64,000 nucleotides of DNA, taken from assembly GCA_043814765.1 (NCBI GenBank), contig JBDRJQ010000028.1:34055-98054 (forward strand). Reading direction: 5' to 3'. The translations under genes were made by a program, and so were the position numbers. The stretch is from Nanobdellota archaeon. Its GTDB lineage: Archaea > Aenigmatarchaeota > Aenigmatarchaeia > QMZP01. The first letter of the stretch is position 1. Each line of letters starts with the position of its first letter. The notes below the pieces were generated by a model. That model was not told the origin of the DNA and did no database searches. It saw only the letters and a program-made list of their open reading frames with translations. Positions 8,750 to 17,825 of the stretch are shown piece after piece.

Positions 8750-10861
8750 ATGGTACCAAAAGAATACAAGGTCTCTGGCAGAGGTAGGAAACTATCAGAA
8801 TTTGGAAAAATTGGAAGCAATGAAAGAAAAGATTTAATGAGAATTCTTAAATCTGACATTAATGCATATATTATTTTTAGGGAAGAATTTTATGGCGGTA
8901 TACCACAAAGAGACTGGATGAGATTATCAAAGACAGAAAGAATAAAAAAATTAAGAGAAATGAAAAAATACATTAATGATTTTGATGCACATTTAGAAAA
9001 AGGAGAAGAATTGGCTCACAATATTAATAAAGCTCTTGCAGCAGCAGGCTACACTATAACAGATGCTCTGCAAGGAGTTGAGTATTTTATTACACAGTTC
9101 AGTGTAAGAAAAGAGGGTGAATTGGGAGGAAAATTAAAAGAGAGTAAAGTCAAAAAGTTTAAATCAGAATCCAGACCAACTGAAAAATATGATTTATGGG
9201 TTTATGTTGACCATCCAAATTTTGGTGAAGTTTCTGTTGAAGCCCCTGATCCAAAACCATCCACAAAAACAAAACAAATCTATAAGGATATACCAAACAG
9301 AACAGGAATAAGATTAGAAGCCACTCCGATGAAAGGGTATGAATTTGATAGGTGGTTTTCAGATTATATTAAAATATCAGACTCAACCAATTCTTTACTA
9401 AAATTCACTATAAATTCTCATGCAAAAATTAGTGCAATTTTTAAAAAGGGAGAGAATCCTTCATCACCACCTACGCCTCCTTCTTCAAAAAAAGGCAAGA
9501 TAAAAATCACGGTCTCTGGTAAGACGACAATAAGGCCTCTAAAATCAGTAAGGCTAAGGGTTAATGTGATGTCTATTGATTATCCTTACGATGAAGAAAT
9601 ATGGGTCGTAATAAAAGCCATTAGCCCGCATCTTCGTGCATATATTGTTGGTCCTGACGGCAGAACTCTAGGGGATTATATATCAGGCAAACCACCGCTT
9701 CATTTGGATTTACTTGTTGTTGCAGGAGAAGACCTACCTAAAGGTGAACATGAAGTAGTTATTGAAGCAACCGACAAGTATGCTAAATTGCATTTAGCAG
9801 AATCCAGAACTATGCTAGATTTTGAGGGTGGCGGAAGCACTGTTTCAGGTCCTGGTCCAGGTCCAGGCATGGTTGGTCCAGACGAAAATAAAGAATACTA
9901 CTTAACAGTTGTTTTCAAAAATACCAGTTCTAAAGATAGGAGTGGCGATAAAAATAGTCGAAGGGTGCTTTACAGTGCTGAAGGACATAGCACAAAAATT
10001 GGTGGCTGGCCACCAATTAAGAGACTGGGACCATATCCGGAAGGTACAATAGTGGGGCTCACTGCCAGACCAGAAGATGAGTTTGATCATTGGAGCGGAG
10101 CTGATGCGCACACTGACGCTCATGCGTCTATTGAATTGAACAAGAACAGAAAAATTACTGCAATTTTTAATGGAAAGGATAAAGACGACAATGATAATAA
10201 AGCAAAAAAAATAACAGACAAGGTTATTGACAACACATGGATAGAGGGGTGGCGCGGATCAGGTAACCCGATAACCAGAATTGTGGGCTTGATAATTTTC
10301 TTTGTTGTAGGCGCCACACTATCTGCTATAATGAGCAGTGCATGGTTCTTTGCCGCATTTTCACTCTGGGCGTTTTATCTGATGATACCAAGCGGTGTAG
10401 ACGAACTGGATCATGAAATAAATAAAATAGACAGACGTTATGAAAAACGCAGACTGGATTATAAAAAGAAGATAGTATTTTTAAGAAGAAGGAGAGGCAG
10501 ACTTGAAGAAAGACTTTCTAGAGCACAAGTTGGACATCAAGCATATCTTTTATCACGAATAAGAGATATTAATCAAGACATAGACAATCTGCAGAGAGAC
10601 ATACATAATTTAACACTAAAGAGAAACGCATCTACGCAACAAACCGTTTTAAGCAGAGGCAGAACAGAAGGATCATATGGAGCACGCAGTGCTGGAATAA
10701 GAAGCAGACTTTGGATATCCAGCATTTTGAAGATGGGTGCATTTATATCCACTGTTATGGGATTTTTATCAAGCACTATTCCATTAGCCCAACCTATAGG
10801 TTTGATAATAGGATTTTTCTTGTATATGAGTTTAGGAGGAACCAGGGACATGCCTGAGTAG
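8750..10861 (+). CDS. multidomain membrane protein with two InlB-B/Flg_new-like repeats and a coiled coil
   Basis: LEATP..GYEFDRW and LTARP..EFDHWSG repeats; C-terminal TM helices flank an Arg-rich coiled coil. Confidence 0.65.
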   Translation: MVPKEYKVSGRGRKLSEFGKIGSNERKDLMRILKSDINAYIIFREEFYGGIPQRDWMRLSKTERIKKLREMKKYINDFDAHLEKGEELAHNINKALAAAGYTITDALQGVEYFITQFSVRKEGELGGKLKESKVKKFKSESRPTEKYDLWVYVDHPNFGEVSVEAPDPKPSTKTKQIYKDIPNRTGIRLEATPMKGYEFDRWFSDYIKISDSTNSLLKFTINSHAKISAIFKKGENPSSPPTPPSSKKGKIKITVSGKTTIRPLKSVRLRVNVMSIDYPYDEEIWVVIKAISPHLRAYIVGPDGRTLGDYISGKPPLHLDLLVVAGEDLPKGEHEVVIEATDKYAKLHLAESRTMLDFEGGGSTVSGPGPGPGMVGPDENKEYYLTVVFKNTSSKDRSGDKNSRRVLYSAEGHSTKIGGWPPIKRLGPYPEGTIVGLTARPEDEFDHWSGADAHTDAHASIELNKNRKITAIFNGKDKDDNDNKAKKITDKVIDNTWIEGWRGSGNPITRIVGLIIFFVVGATLSAIMSSAWFFAAFSLWAFYLMIPSGVDELDHEINKIDRRYEKRRLDYKKKIVFLRRRRGRLEERLSRAQVGHQAYLLSRIRDINQDIDNLQRDIHNLTLKRNASTQQTVLSRGRTEGSYGARSAGIRSRLWISSILKMGAFISTVMGFLSSTIPLAQPIGLIIGFFLYMSLGGTRDMPE

Positions 10862-10864
10862 AAT

Positions 10865-13075
10865 ATGGCCAGATATAGTTCACAAGAGCTTTGGAAACAG
10901 TGGCAAAAAGCAGTTGGTGGAGCATTATTAGCCCTTGCAGTGATGATTGTTTTCAATCACTTTTTGATGGCGTTAATAGTGTTTACCTTCCTGTTCTTTA
11001 TACCTGACCAGGATGAGGGCGCAGAGTTCATGAAGAACACTGTTATTTTTGTAATTTTAATGGTAATTATATGGTTCTTTGCGTTCTTTGTGGGCGCACA
11101 ATACGGAGGATTCCAGCTGGATATAGCAGAAGCAGGCGAGTCTGCTAATCCTTTGCTTCCGTGGACATGGACTGACACGTCTGCAATAATGTTCTTTGTA
11201 TTCTGGTTATTTGCAGGCATTGTGGGAGCATTCGGTGATCCGGAATCCAGACAGATAGTAGGCATATTCTTCATAATGATGAGTTTCTTTGTGTTTGCCA
11301 GCAGTGTGGGCGCAGAGAATGTCGGTTCAGCGTTCTTTGGTCAGTGGTGGCCACAGGTTCATGGTGTAATAATGGATGTATCCGGACCTCTGGAAGAATC
11401 GTTCAGCACATTATTTGGTACAATGCAGCAGATGTTTAAGCTAGTTTCAGATCCTGCCGGGTTCGCGCGTGATATGATAGAAGGTAACTATGCCGGCAAT
11501 GATTATGGTCAGACCGGTTCTTACGGTGTTGAAATAAGCTTTGGAGCTCTCGATAAGCTTTTCCTTGGCCAGCCAGCATTCCTGGATATAACATTAAAAA
11601 ATGAAGGCTCCTTCATAGCTGAAAACGTTGGCATAGGAATATCAATACCCAAAGAATATACGAATCAAATAACAAGCTCTCCATCTCTTGGTGAAATTGA
11701 TAGAGACTACTTCAATCTTGTAGACTATTATGGATTCACTGAAAGTAATAATCCAGGAACAGAAAAATTAGAAATTGCAGAAGGTTCAGGTGTTTTTGAT
11801 TGGAATGGCTTGTGGTGGTACAACCCAGGAGAAGTGATACTTTACAGGAATATTGGAGAAATGAAACACCAGGATGTTGTCAACCAGCCATTTAACGGAG
11901 AAATCAACTGTAATCCTATAGATAAATTCAACCTCAGAGAGAAATCGACGCCAATAAAGGCAACAGTTGCATATGATTACAAGGTTTTCTCAAACCTTAA
12001 CATTGAATTTATTAGCGTGGATGAGTGGGACAGAAGAGTGAGAGACAATGTTCTTGTACAGACCAAGATACCTTCAACTATTACAAGTGCTCCTATAAAA
12101 CTTTCAATAAACACAAACAGCCAGCCTGTAAGACCTGATCAGATTTTCTATGTGGGTCTTGAGCTAAAGACAGAAGAGACCAACTCTGTCATTGATGATG
12201 CTGTAATAAAAATGACTTTCCCAGATGAATTCGGAGCCTCTACTGCCAGGTGCACTGGTGTAGGCGATTACGAGTTTAACAGCAATGAACTTATTTGGAT
12301 GCCAACAAACATAGGAGCTGCACAATCTAAACCAATAGGAAAAGAGCCTGTAACGATAATCTGTACATTTTACGATGCTGATGAGAACGCAATACTAGGA
12401 ACTTCACCAACAAACACATATAACCTAAAGGCAGAAGGAACATACAGATTCTATAAATGGATAACAAGAGTGCCAAAACTTACAATGGGGGACTTCTGCT
12501 GCAAAAATGAGGACTGCTCTTCTGACGGTACAGAAATTTGCAGTAATAGTGCTAGTTATCCTCAACCAGGCTTCTGCGTGCCAGGAGATCCAAATAGTGC
12601 TAATGTTGATAATCCAATACCAGGAGCATGCGGTAACGGCATTATAAATTCTGGTGAAGACTGCGAAAGCGGACAAAACTTTCAAAATGTTTGTCCGAAT
12701 GCAGGAGGATGGTTTGATAAAAGCGACCCAACAGGTGCTACAGGACATCCGATAGATACAGATATCATAAAGTTTAAATGCAATCTTAACGGACCTATAG
12801 GCGATATTAAAGCATGTGGATGTTATCACGAACCTTCTGATATTCCTGTTGCAACTGACACTAATGTATGCGGAAATGGGATTGTTGATGCAGGAGAAGA
12901 ATGTGACGGCGGTCCATTAGCTGATTTTACTTCTAATGATAATTGGGTATGGAATGGTTGGGATACAGTAAAAGCAGATAATGGTTGTGGTATTCTACAA
13001 TACTGTAAAATACCAATTGCAGGTGATTACAGTATTGGTAATGATAATTCTGGTTGTAAATGTATTGATTTTTAA
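10865..13075 (+). CDS. membrane protein with extracellular Ig-like and Cys-rich (DUF4215-like) repeats
   Basis: N-terminal TM helices; CGNGIINSGEDCE and CGNGIVDAGEECDG repeats. Confidence 0.7.
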   Translation: MARYSSQELWKQWQKAVGGALLALAVMIVFNHFLMALIVFTFLFFIPDQDEGAEFMKNTVIFVILMVIIWFFAFFVGAQYGGFQLDIAEAGESANPLLPWTWTDTSAIMFFVFWLFAGIVGAFGDPESRQIVGIFFIMMSFFVFASSVGAENVGSAFFGQWWPQVHGVIMDVSGPLEESFSTLFGTMQQMFKLVSDPAGFARDMIEGNYAGNDYGQTGSYGVEISFGALDKLFLGQPAFLDITLKNEGSFIAENVGIGISIPKEYTNQITSSPSLGEIDRDYFNLVDYYGFTESNNPGTEKLEIAEGSGVFDWNGLWWYNPGEVILYRNIGEMKHQDVVNQPFNGEINCNPIDKFNLREKSTPIKATVAYDYKVFSNLNIEFISVDEWDRRVRDNVLVQTKIPSTITSAPIKLSINTNSQPVRPDQIFYVGLELKTEETNSVIDDAVIKMTFPDEFGASTARCTGVGDYEFNSNELIWMPTNIGAAQSKPIGKEPVTIICTFYDADENAILGTSPTNTYNLKAEGTYRFYKWITRVPKLTMGDFCCKNEDCSSDGTEICSNSASYPQPGFCVPGDPNSANVDNPIPGACGNGIINSGEDCESGQNFQNVCPNAGGWFDKSDPTGATGHPIDTDIIKFKCNLNGPIGDIKACGCYHEPSDIPVATDTNVCGNGIVDAGEECDGGPLADFTSNDNWVWNGWDTVKADNGCGILQYCKIPIAGDYSIGNDNSGCKCIDF

Positions 13076-13947
13076 ACCATTACTAGAAGTCTCAAAGCAT
13101 CTCTCATTCCAGGCGCTAAGCCAAGTATTAGCACCACTATCTTTAGGAAGTTCTTGAAGTCTCCGTCTTCTGCATAGCGGTCAATTATGTAAAGAACTGG
13201 TATAACCACAACCAGTTTCAATAAGAACATAGAAGCTGGTCCCATAAAGTTTATAAGCAGTCTTGGTACGACATGCTGTTCTAAATAGCCAAACATTGAC
13301 AGGGCAACAAATGTTGCGCTTGCATCAAGCATATGGGCAGACATTATTCCGGCATTCTGCTTGTTCCAAAACTTCTTGATTTTATCTGGTTTTAGCTTGC
13401 TGAAATTCCTTTCAAAAAAGCCTGTTCTATAGAATCTATACTTGCCAAAAAACAGCAAAGTCCATAAAAGAGTCAAACTTATGACTATAGGAAAGCCTTC
13501 AAGGGCCATAATAGGCAAAAGATACACATTAAGCGCGCAGAGGACGACGCCTGCACCAAACATGGCTTTCCAGTAGGGTAACTTTGCATGAGAGAGCTTC
13601 TGCACGAGCAGAGAGAGCAACAAAACCAACAGAGCCAGCGCAAAGGTTATTATATAGCTTCCTGGAGTCACGAAGAAAGGTGCTCCGTATATAGCGTTTA
13701 ATTCTGGCGTCATCAGAGCTCCTGCAGTGGCAGCATCCTTTAGAACCCGGGTGCTGGAACCCCAGAATATGAAAGGCAATATCGCAATGAAGAAGTGCTT
13801 GTCTATGTGTATGTTCATTTTCTTGAGCATCTTATAGACTAGGAAAACAGCTACAATCAGTATTAATGAATATGTTATTGTGTTGATTGGATTGTACCAA
13901 CCATTTTGCAGCATTGGCTCGACAAACCAATCATAAAAACCAGCCAT
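13072..13947 (-). CDS. DUF63 family membrane protein
   Basis: YNPINTITY, RVLKDA, AHMLDASATF, Y.EQHVVP, LGLAPG.RD motifs. Confidence 0.88.
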   Translation of the reverse strand: MAGFYDWFVEPMLQNGWYNPINTITYSLILIVAVFLVYKMLKKMNIHIDKHFFIAILPFIFWGSSTRVLKDAATAGALMTPELNAIYGAPFFVTPGSYIITFALALLVLLLSLLVQKLSHAKLPYWKAMFGAGVVLCALNVYLLPIMALEGFPIVISLTLLWTLLFFGKYRFYRTGFFERNFSKLKPDKIKKFWNKQNAGIMSAHMLDASATFVALSMFGYLEQHVVPRLLINFMGPASMFLLKLVVVIPVLYIIDRYAEDGDFKNFLKIVVLILGLAPGMRDALRLLVMV

Positions 13948-14058
13948 AGCAACCTTTTCCTTAAAACCTACCTAAAAGTCTGCACTCAAAAACGCAAACT
14001 TTCTATAAAATAACATAGAATAAAGCTATTAATAAATAAACTATGTGAAAAGTATATC

Positions 14059-14598
14059 ATGTCCTTAGATATCATAAACGAAAAAGAGCTTCAAAGATCT
14101 CTTTTCGAGTACGGCCCCAAGAGATATTACTTGCGAGACGAAATTCCTATGCCAAAAATTAGCGATTCTGCTAAAGGTAATGAAAGCATAGTCTACAAAG
14201 CTTGGAGCAACATACTTGATTTTTGCCAAAGAAACATAGGCTACATACCAGATGGCATAGAAGATGTTGAAATAACATTCGAACCGCTAAAAAAATACTA
14301 CACAGAAATGGTTTGGGAACCGCTGATTAGAGGGTATGACAAATGGATTCGCGTACCTGCCATGAGAGTTTTAGGTTTATTCAATATTGAGAATGAAGAT
14401 GTTCACGTGGACCCAAACGCTCCAAACCCAGAAGCAACACTGTTTCACGAGTTCTACCACTGGCTACAGAAGAAAACAGGAGAAATGGGTTATTTGATGG
14501 ATAAACTAGGAGATTATGCAAGAGTTCCTATAGAGATGAAAACTGAACTGGCTACGCAGATCTATTATCCCAATCGAAAGGGATTTTACTTGGATTAA
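14059..14598 (+). CDS. putative zinc metallopeptidase (HExxH)
   Basis: TLFHEFYH with a downstream Glu (IEMKTE). Confidence 0.55.
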   Translation: MSLDIINEKELQRSLFEYGPKRYYLRDEIPMPKISDSAKGNESIVYKAWSNILDFCQRNIGYIPDGIEDVEITFEPLKKYYTEMVWEPLIRGYDKWIRVPAMRVLGLFNIENEDVHVDPNAPNPEATLFHEFYHWLQKKTGEMGYLMDKLGDYARVPIEMKTELATQIYYPNRKGFYLD

Positions 14599-14709
14599 CC
14601 ATATGCCTAATGCTAAACACTATTTTCAACAACAAGCGCGCCTCTAAAAGCTTTTAGGTAAGCTACACCTATATATTGTATATAGATTTGACCCCATAAA
14701 AGGTGTTAT

Positions 14710-15591
14710 ATGTACGATATGCTTGTTCGTAAGAAGCTTTTGAAGATACAGGAAAGATTAGGCATGCGTATAGGAATTATGCATGGCACAAACAAGACGC
14801 CTTCTGTCAGAACAATAAATGAGACGCTAAATGCACTGAATGAGATGTATAAAGTGGGTCTGAAAGCTTTTGTTTTGCCGAGAGAGATGTTTGGTAACAT
14901 AACAGACGCATCAGATATTTACAAAGTTCATTATGGAAACCTTCTAAAGATTAAGGATCTTGCAAAAAAATACAATATAGAACTTTCATTGCACCATCCT
15001 GCTCTTACTGATCAGCCTGATGAAAATCTGAAGATATTTTGCAACCTGTCATCTATAATGGACTGTCGAACTTTCATAATAAACCCCAATTTTTATTCTC
15101 AAATGCCTCATAATCAGGCATTGAAACTCGTTGTTTACAAAATAAACGAAACAATTATTGACCAGCGATCTGACATTAAGATTGGAATTGAGAATACAGG
15201 AAAATCCCGTGAATTGGGAAATTTTGAAGATTCATTGGACATAGTAAAAAGAACGCAAGGCACAGAACCTGTTATAAACTGGGGCAATATTCATGCCCGA
15301 GGCGCAGGAGCGCTAAGAACACAAGAGGATTTTCGTAGAATTTTAGAAAAGACCAGACAGGAAATAGGACCCCGCTACTTCAGTGATGCTTACTTCATAT
15401 TCTCTGGCGTATCATACGGTCCTTCAGGAAAGATAAAGAACATCCCTCTAAGAGAGTCAGATATAAAATTAGAGCAATTGATAAAGGAAATCATGTCCTT
15501 TAACATAAAAGGAACTATCATATTTGATGATCCTCAGAAAGAAAAATTCATTATAAAAATGATGGAAAGCCTTGCTGACATGGTTAGATAA
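14710..15591 (+). CDS. endonuclease IV-like TIM-barrel protein, degenerate metal site
   Basis: IELSLH, IGIENTGK..ELG, IHAR, FSG, GTII layout of archaeal EndoIV; true start may be 14764. Confidence 0.7.
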   Translation: MYDMLVRKKLLKIQERLGMRIGIMHGTNKTPSVRTINETLNALNEMYKVGLKAFVLPREMFGNITDASDIYKVHYGNLLKIKDLAKKYNIELSLHHPALTDQPDENLKIFCNLSSIMDCRTFIINPNFYSQMPHNQALKLVVYKINETIIDQRSDIKIGIENTGKSRELGNFEDSLDIVKRTQGTEPVINWGNIHARGAGALRTQEDFRRILEKTRQEIGPRYFSDAYFIFSGVSYGPSGKIKNIPLRESDIKLEQLIKEIMSFNIKGTIIFDDPQKEKFIIKMMESLADMVR

Positions 15592-16192
15592 AGATAAATT
15601 CTACTTTAAACAATCTATAAGCATGCCTAAAACATTCATAAAGTTTTTAGAGCCTTACGAAAATGGTTTAGTAAAGAAAGGACCGATAATAGCAGTGTCT
15701 GGTTTTATAGGCGTTGGCAAGACTACAGCAGCTAAGATGCTTAAGGATATCTTGGGATACAGATACTACTATCCTCCAACATTCAGAGGAAAAGCCATGC
15801 GAAAAAGACAACTGTTAACAGAAACTATAGAAGAAGCAAACACGGAAGAGTTTTATGAAATTGATATAAAGGCTCTGAAAAATTCCATGAAAGGCAAGAT
15901 TGTGGTAGATTCCAGACTCAGCGCATGGGCACTGGGCAAGTGGGCTGACATAAGAATCTTTGTAAATTCTGAACCGGACATAAGAATCCATAGATTCGCA
16001 AAAGGAAACAATTTAACTGTAGAACAGGCTGCAGACGAACTCAGGGAAAGAGAAAAATTTGAATTGTCTGAGTGGAGAAAACTGTATAACATAGATTTCA
16101 TGGATAAAAGAGTCTATACGCATGTTATTGACAACAACGATTCCAAAAATGATTTGAAGAATAAGCTAAGAAAAATAGTTAAGAAGCTTTAG
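15572..16192 (+). CDS. cmk: cytidylate kinase (archaeal type)
   Basis: GFIGVGKTT P-loop, DSRLSAW, LYNID; start uncertain. Confidence 0.8.
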   Translation: MLTWLDKDKFYFKQSISMPKTFIKFLEPYENGLVKKGPIIAVSGFIGVGKTTAAKMLKDILGYRYYYPPTFRGKAMRKRQLLTETIEEANTEEFYEIDIKALKNSMKGKIVVDSRLSAWALGKWADIRIFVNSEPDIRIHRFAKGNNLTVEQAADELREREKFELSEWRKLYNIDFMDKRVYTHVIDNNDSKNDLKNKLRKIVKKL

Positions 16193-16449
16193 CCTGCAGC
16201 TTTCAAAAGAGCCCTTCTTCTTTCCACATCTATTGCTAAGAAGCTCCTGATCTCAGCATCAACCGTATCATCCATGTCAATGGCTAGTTTGCTAACATCA
16301 TCTTCATCATATTTCATAACATTGCCCAGAAGTCTTGAGAGTTCAACACTAGAGTATTCATCCATCGAATCTCTTATTGATGATAAATAAGCTATTCTAC
16401 CATCTTTTGGTAATTCTGAAAAACAACTATAACACATAACTTTTGTCAT
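16189..16449 (-). CDS. hypothetical protein
   Basis: 86-aa ORF with a CxxC, directly behind the nucleotidyltransferase gene. Confidence 0.55.
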   Translation of the reverse strand: MTKVMCYSCFSELPKDGRIAYLSSIRDSMDEYSSVELSRLLGNVMKYDEDDVSKLAIDMDDTVDAEIRSFLAIDVERRRALLKAAG

Positions 16450-16458
16450 AAAACCACC

Positions 16459-17757
16459 TTATTGCGTGTCCAAAAATTTGTCTTCAGTCTTTATTTTCTT
16501 TCTCATTATGCGTCCTGCGTCTTGTATGAATTTTCTTACATACTCCCTGTTCATCATTATTTGCGACTTTGGCAGTTCAAGAACTTTGCCATCCTTAACC
16601 AAATCCTTCATTCTTGTTAGATCATTAAAAACATCAAAGTATTTTTCAGAAATAAGTCCTGTTTTTATGAGATGTTTTTCAAAGGCCTTTGGAATCATCT
16701 CATCTTTTGCAGGCAGTTTATTCATGGCTTTCAAAAGAGTGATAACAGTTTCTGACATAACAAGCTGTGATTTGTTTATCATGTTTTCTCTTTTAAGCAC
16801 TTCAATCTTGACTATGAGTTTTTGCATGCAACTAACGAATTTTTTGGCCTTTTCAATCCACTCGTCAAGAACTACACCTTCTATCGTGGTTTTTTCACGG
16901 TGCTCTATCTCTTTTCTGACGTCCAGTATGTCTTCAAGCATTTTCACATACTCTTCGTCTAGAAGCTTCATTTTAACAAGTGTTTTGCGCAGAACACTAG
17001 GCGCTTCGCTTGGTCTTGGCGGAGTCTTACCTAAGAACATCAGAACAGCCTGTGCTGATTCAAGCATGGCATAATAGCAGTCTTCAACAACCATGTAAAT
17101 TTTAGCATTCTCAACGCGCTTGATTCTTTTTGGTCCCCGTTCAATATACTTCTCAACAGCCTCCCTGGATGGTTTTATTTCACCCATCTGAAGAAGCCGT
17201 TTAATAGGCATGAAAATGTCCTTATCGTACACAGGAACGCCTTCCCGTATGAAATTGAAAACAATGGGATGACCTATTCTAACCATGTTCCAGAACTCAG
17301 TTAGCATGTAAGGCTGCTGCACGGAGAGGTTTGGTGATAATTTCTTTGCTGTAGCAACCATCTCATCCTCAAGCTTTGCACGCTCTCCTGGCGATATTCG
17401 ATGGCGCGTATCATCAATTATAACAAAAACATCAATATCAGACTCCTCTTTAAACTCTTCGCGGGCAGTTGAACCGAACAGAACAATGGAGCGGATAATA
17501 GGTCCGTGCTTTTTTATAAGCTCTTTTGTAAAACTTTTTAGAATTTTAATTCTTTCTTTCTTGCCAATTTTTTCAGGTTTTTTCGGTTTTTTTTCCTCTG
17601 CAGGTTCCTTATCAAAAACCTCAGCCAGCTCAAGAAGCCTTTTTTCAGGTTTTTTTGCTGTGTGTTTTTGACGAGTTTTATGTAAGGTTTTTGGTTTAGA
17701 AGATTTTTTAACGGTGGCTCTCTTCTTCTTTGTTTTCAGAGTTTTTTTCTTAGCCAT
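16459..17757 (-). CDS. nucleotidyltransferase (MNT) fused to HEPN-like helical domain(s), Lys-rich N-terminus
   Basis: LFGSTAR...SDIDV polbeta-family motif; YYAMLESAQAVL and RKEIEH HEPN-like segments. Confidence 0.8.
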   Translation of the reverse strand: MAKKKTLKTKKKRATVKKSSKPKTLHKTRQKHTAKKPEKRLLELAEVFDKEPAEEKKPKKPEKIGKKERIKILKSFTKELIKKHGPIIRSIVLFGSTAREEFKEESDIDVFVIIDDTRHRISPGERAKLEDEMVATAKKLSPNLSVQQPYMLTEFWNMVRIGHPIVFNFIREGVPVYDKDIFMPIKRLLQMGEIKPSREAVEKYIERGPKRIKRVENAKIYMVVEDCYYAMLESAQAVLMFLGKTPPRPSEAPSVLRKTLVKMKLLDEEYVKMLEDILDVRKEIEHREKTTIEGVVLDEWIEKAKKFVSCMQKLIVKIEVLKRENMINKSQLVMSETVITLLKAMNKLPAKDEMIPKAFEKHLIKTGLISEKYFDVFNDLTRMKDLVKDGKVLELPKSQIMMNREYVRKFIQDAGRIMRKKIKTEDKFLDTQ

Positions 17758-17825
17758 AATAAATCAATAGCAAGCCTGTTTAAAAAGGTTATTTTATTAT
17801 TATTTTGCCTGTTTAAAAAAAGATT

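Noticed and set aside
16466..17074. 202-aa plus-strand ORF, and similar antisense ORFs throughout the track
   Set aside because: Ser/Phe/Ile-rich mirror translations of well-supported opposite-strand genes
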